Assembly: GCF_006345805.1 (NCBI RefSeq)
Contig: NW_021834559.1
Coordinates: 1-46,968, forward strand
From: Octopus sinensis
Lineage: Eukaryota
Length of the DNA: 46,968 bases
Direction: 5' to 3'
Shown here: positions 46,680-46,968 of the stretch, piece after piece
Layout of the letters: each line of letters starts with the position of its first letter
Position numbering within the stretch: the stretch's first letter is position 1
Made by a program: the position numbers and the translations under genes
Notes under the pieces: model-generated
Told to the model about the DNA's origin: nothing
Seen by the model: only the letters and a program-made list of their open reading frames with translations
Database searches by the model: none

Positions 46680-46795
46680 TTGGCTTGCAGGGCATTTTTT
46701 GGCCTCAAGTTACATTACACTTGCCTAGAATAACGCGCAATGGGACTGAGCCTGAAACCATGGGGTTGTGAGACCCCACAGCCATGCCTGCTTCT
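46680..46795 (-). mobile_element. SINE-C 5' fragment
   Basis: ACACTTGCCTAG...GGGACTGAGCC...CCACAGCCATGCCTGC. Confidence 0.65.
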
Positions 46796-46849
46796 ATACA
46801 TATATTCATGTCTGTATGAATGATTGTATGTATGTATGCATATATGTAT

Positions 46850-46851
46850 GT

Positions 46852-46937
<86 letters not shown>

Positions 46938-46938
46938 T
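46850..46938. repeat. (GATA)n microsatellite
   Basis: Direct reading. Confidence 0.95.
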
Positions 46939-46968
46939 GTATATCATATATCACATATGAATGTGTGT

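Overview
AT-rich eukaryotic non-coding DNA with no supportable host protein-coding exon, rRNA, true tRNA or CRISPR array. The SINE families, very dense TA/CA/GATA/trinucleotide microsatellites and transposon mix look like an octopus (cephalopod) intron or intergenic region; that is inference from repeat families I recognise, not a database result. Nearly all ORFs in the track are microsatellite artefacts. The real content is: (i) about 35-40 tRNA-derived SINE copies or fragments from four families; (ii) decayed DNA transposons (hAT transposase, Tc1/mariner derivatives, pogo-like and other MITEs, a Helitron-type non-autonomous element); (iii) decayed retroelements (R4/Dong-type RT and zinc-knuckle pieces, a Penelope-like RT/GIY-YIG piece, L1/Tx1-like ORF1 pieces). 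Best leads are two TA-flanked Penelope-LTR-like elements sharing a minimal hammerhead-ribozyme-like motif with an unusual core (CUGUGGA-A instead of CUGANGA-A); a 1.6 kb ORF1-only L1/Tx1-like element with no ORF2; modular, self-nesting SINEs with swapped tails and a triplicated target site; an isolated 28-bp GC-rich hairpin; and a nest of long fold-backs at 43.9-45.1 kb. Boundaries were read by eye and are approximate unless a TIR or TSD is quoted.
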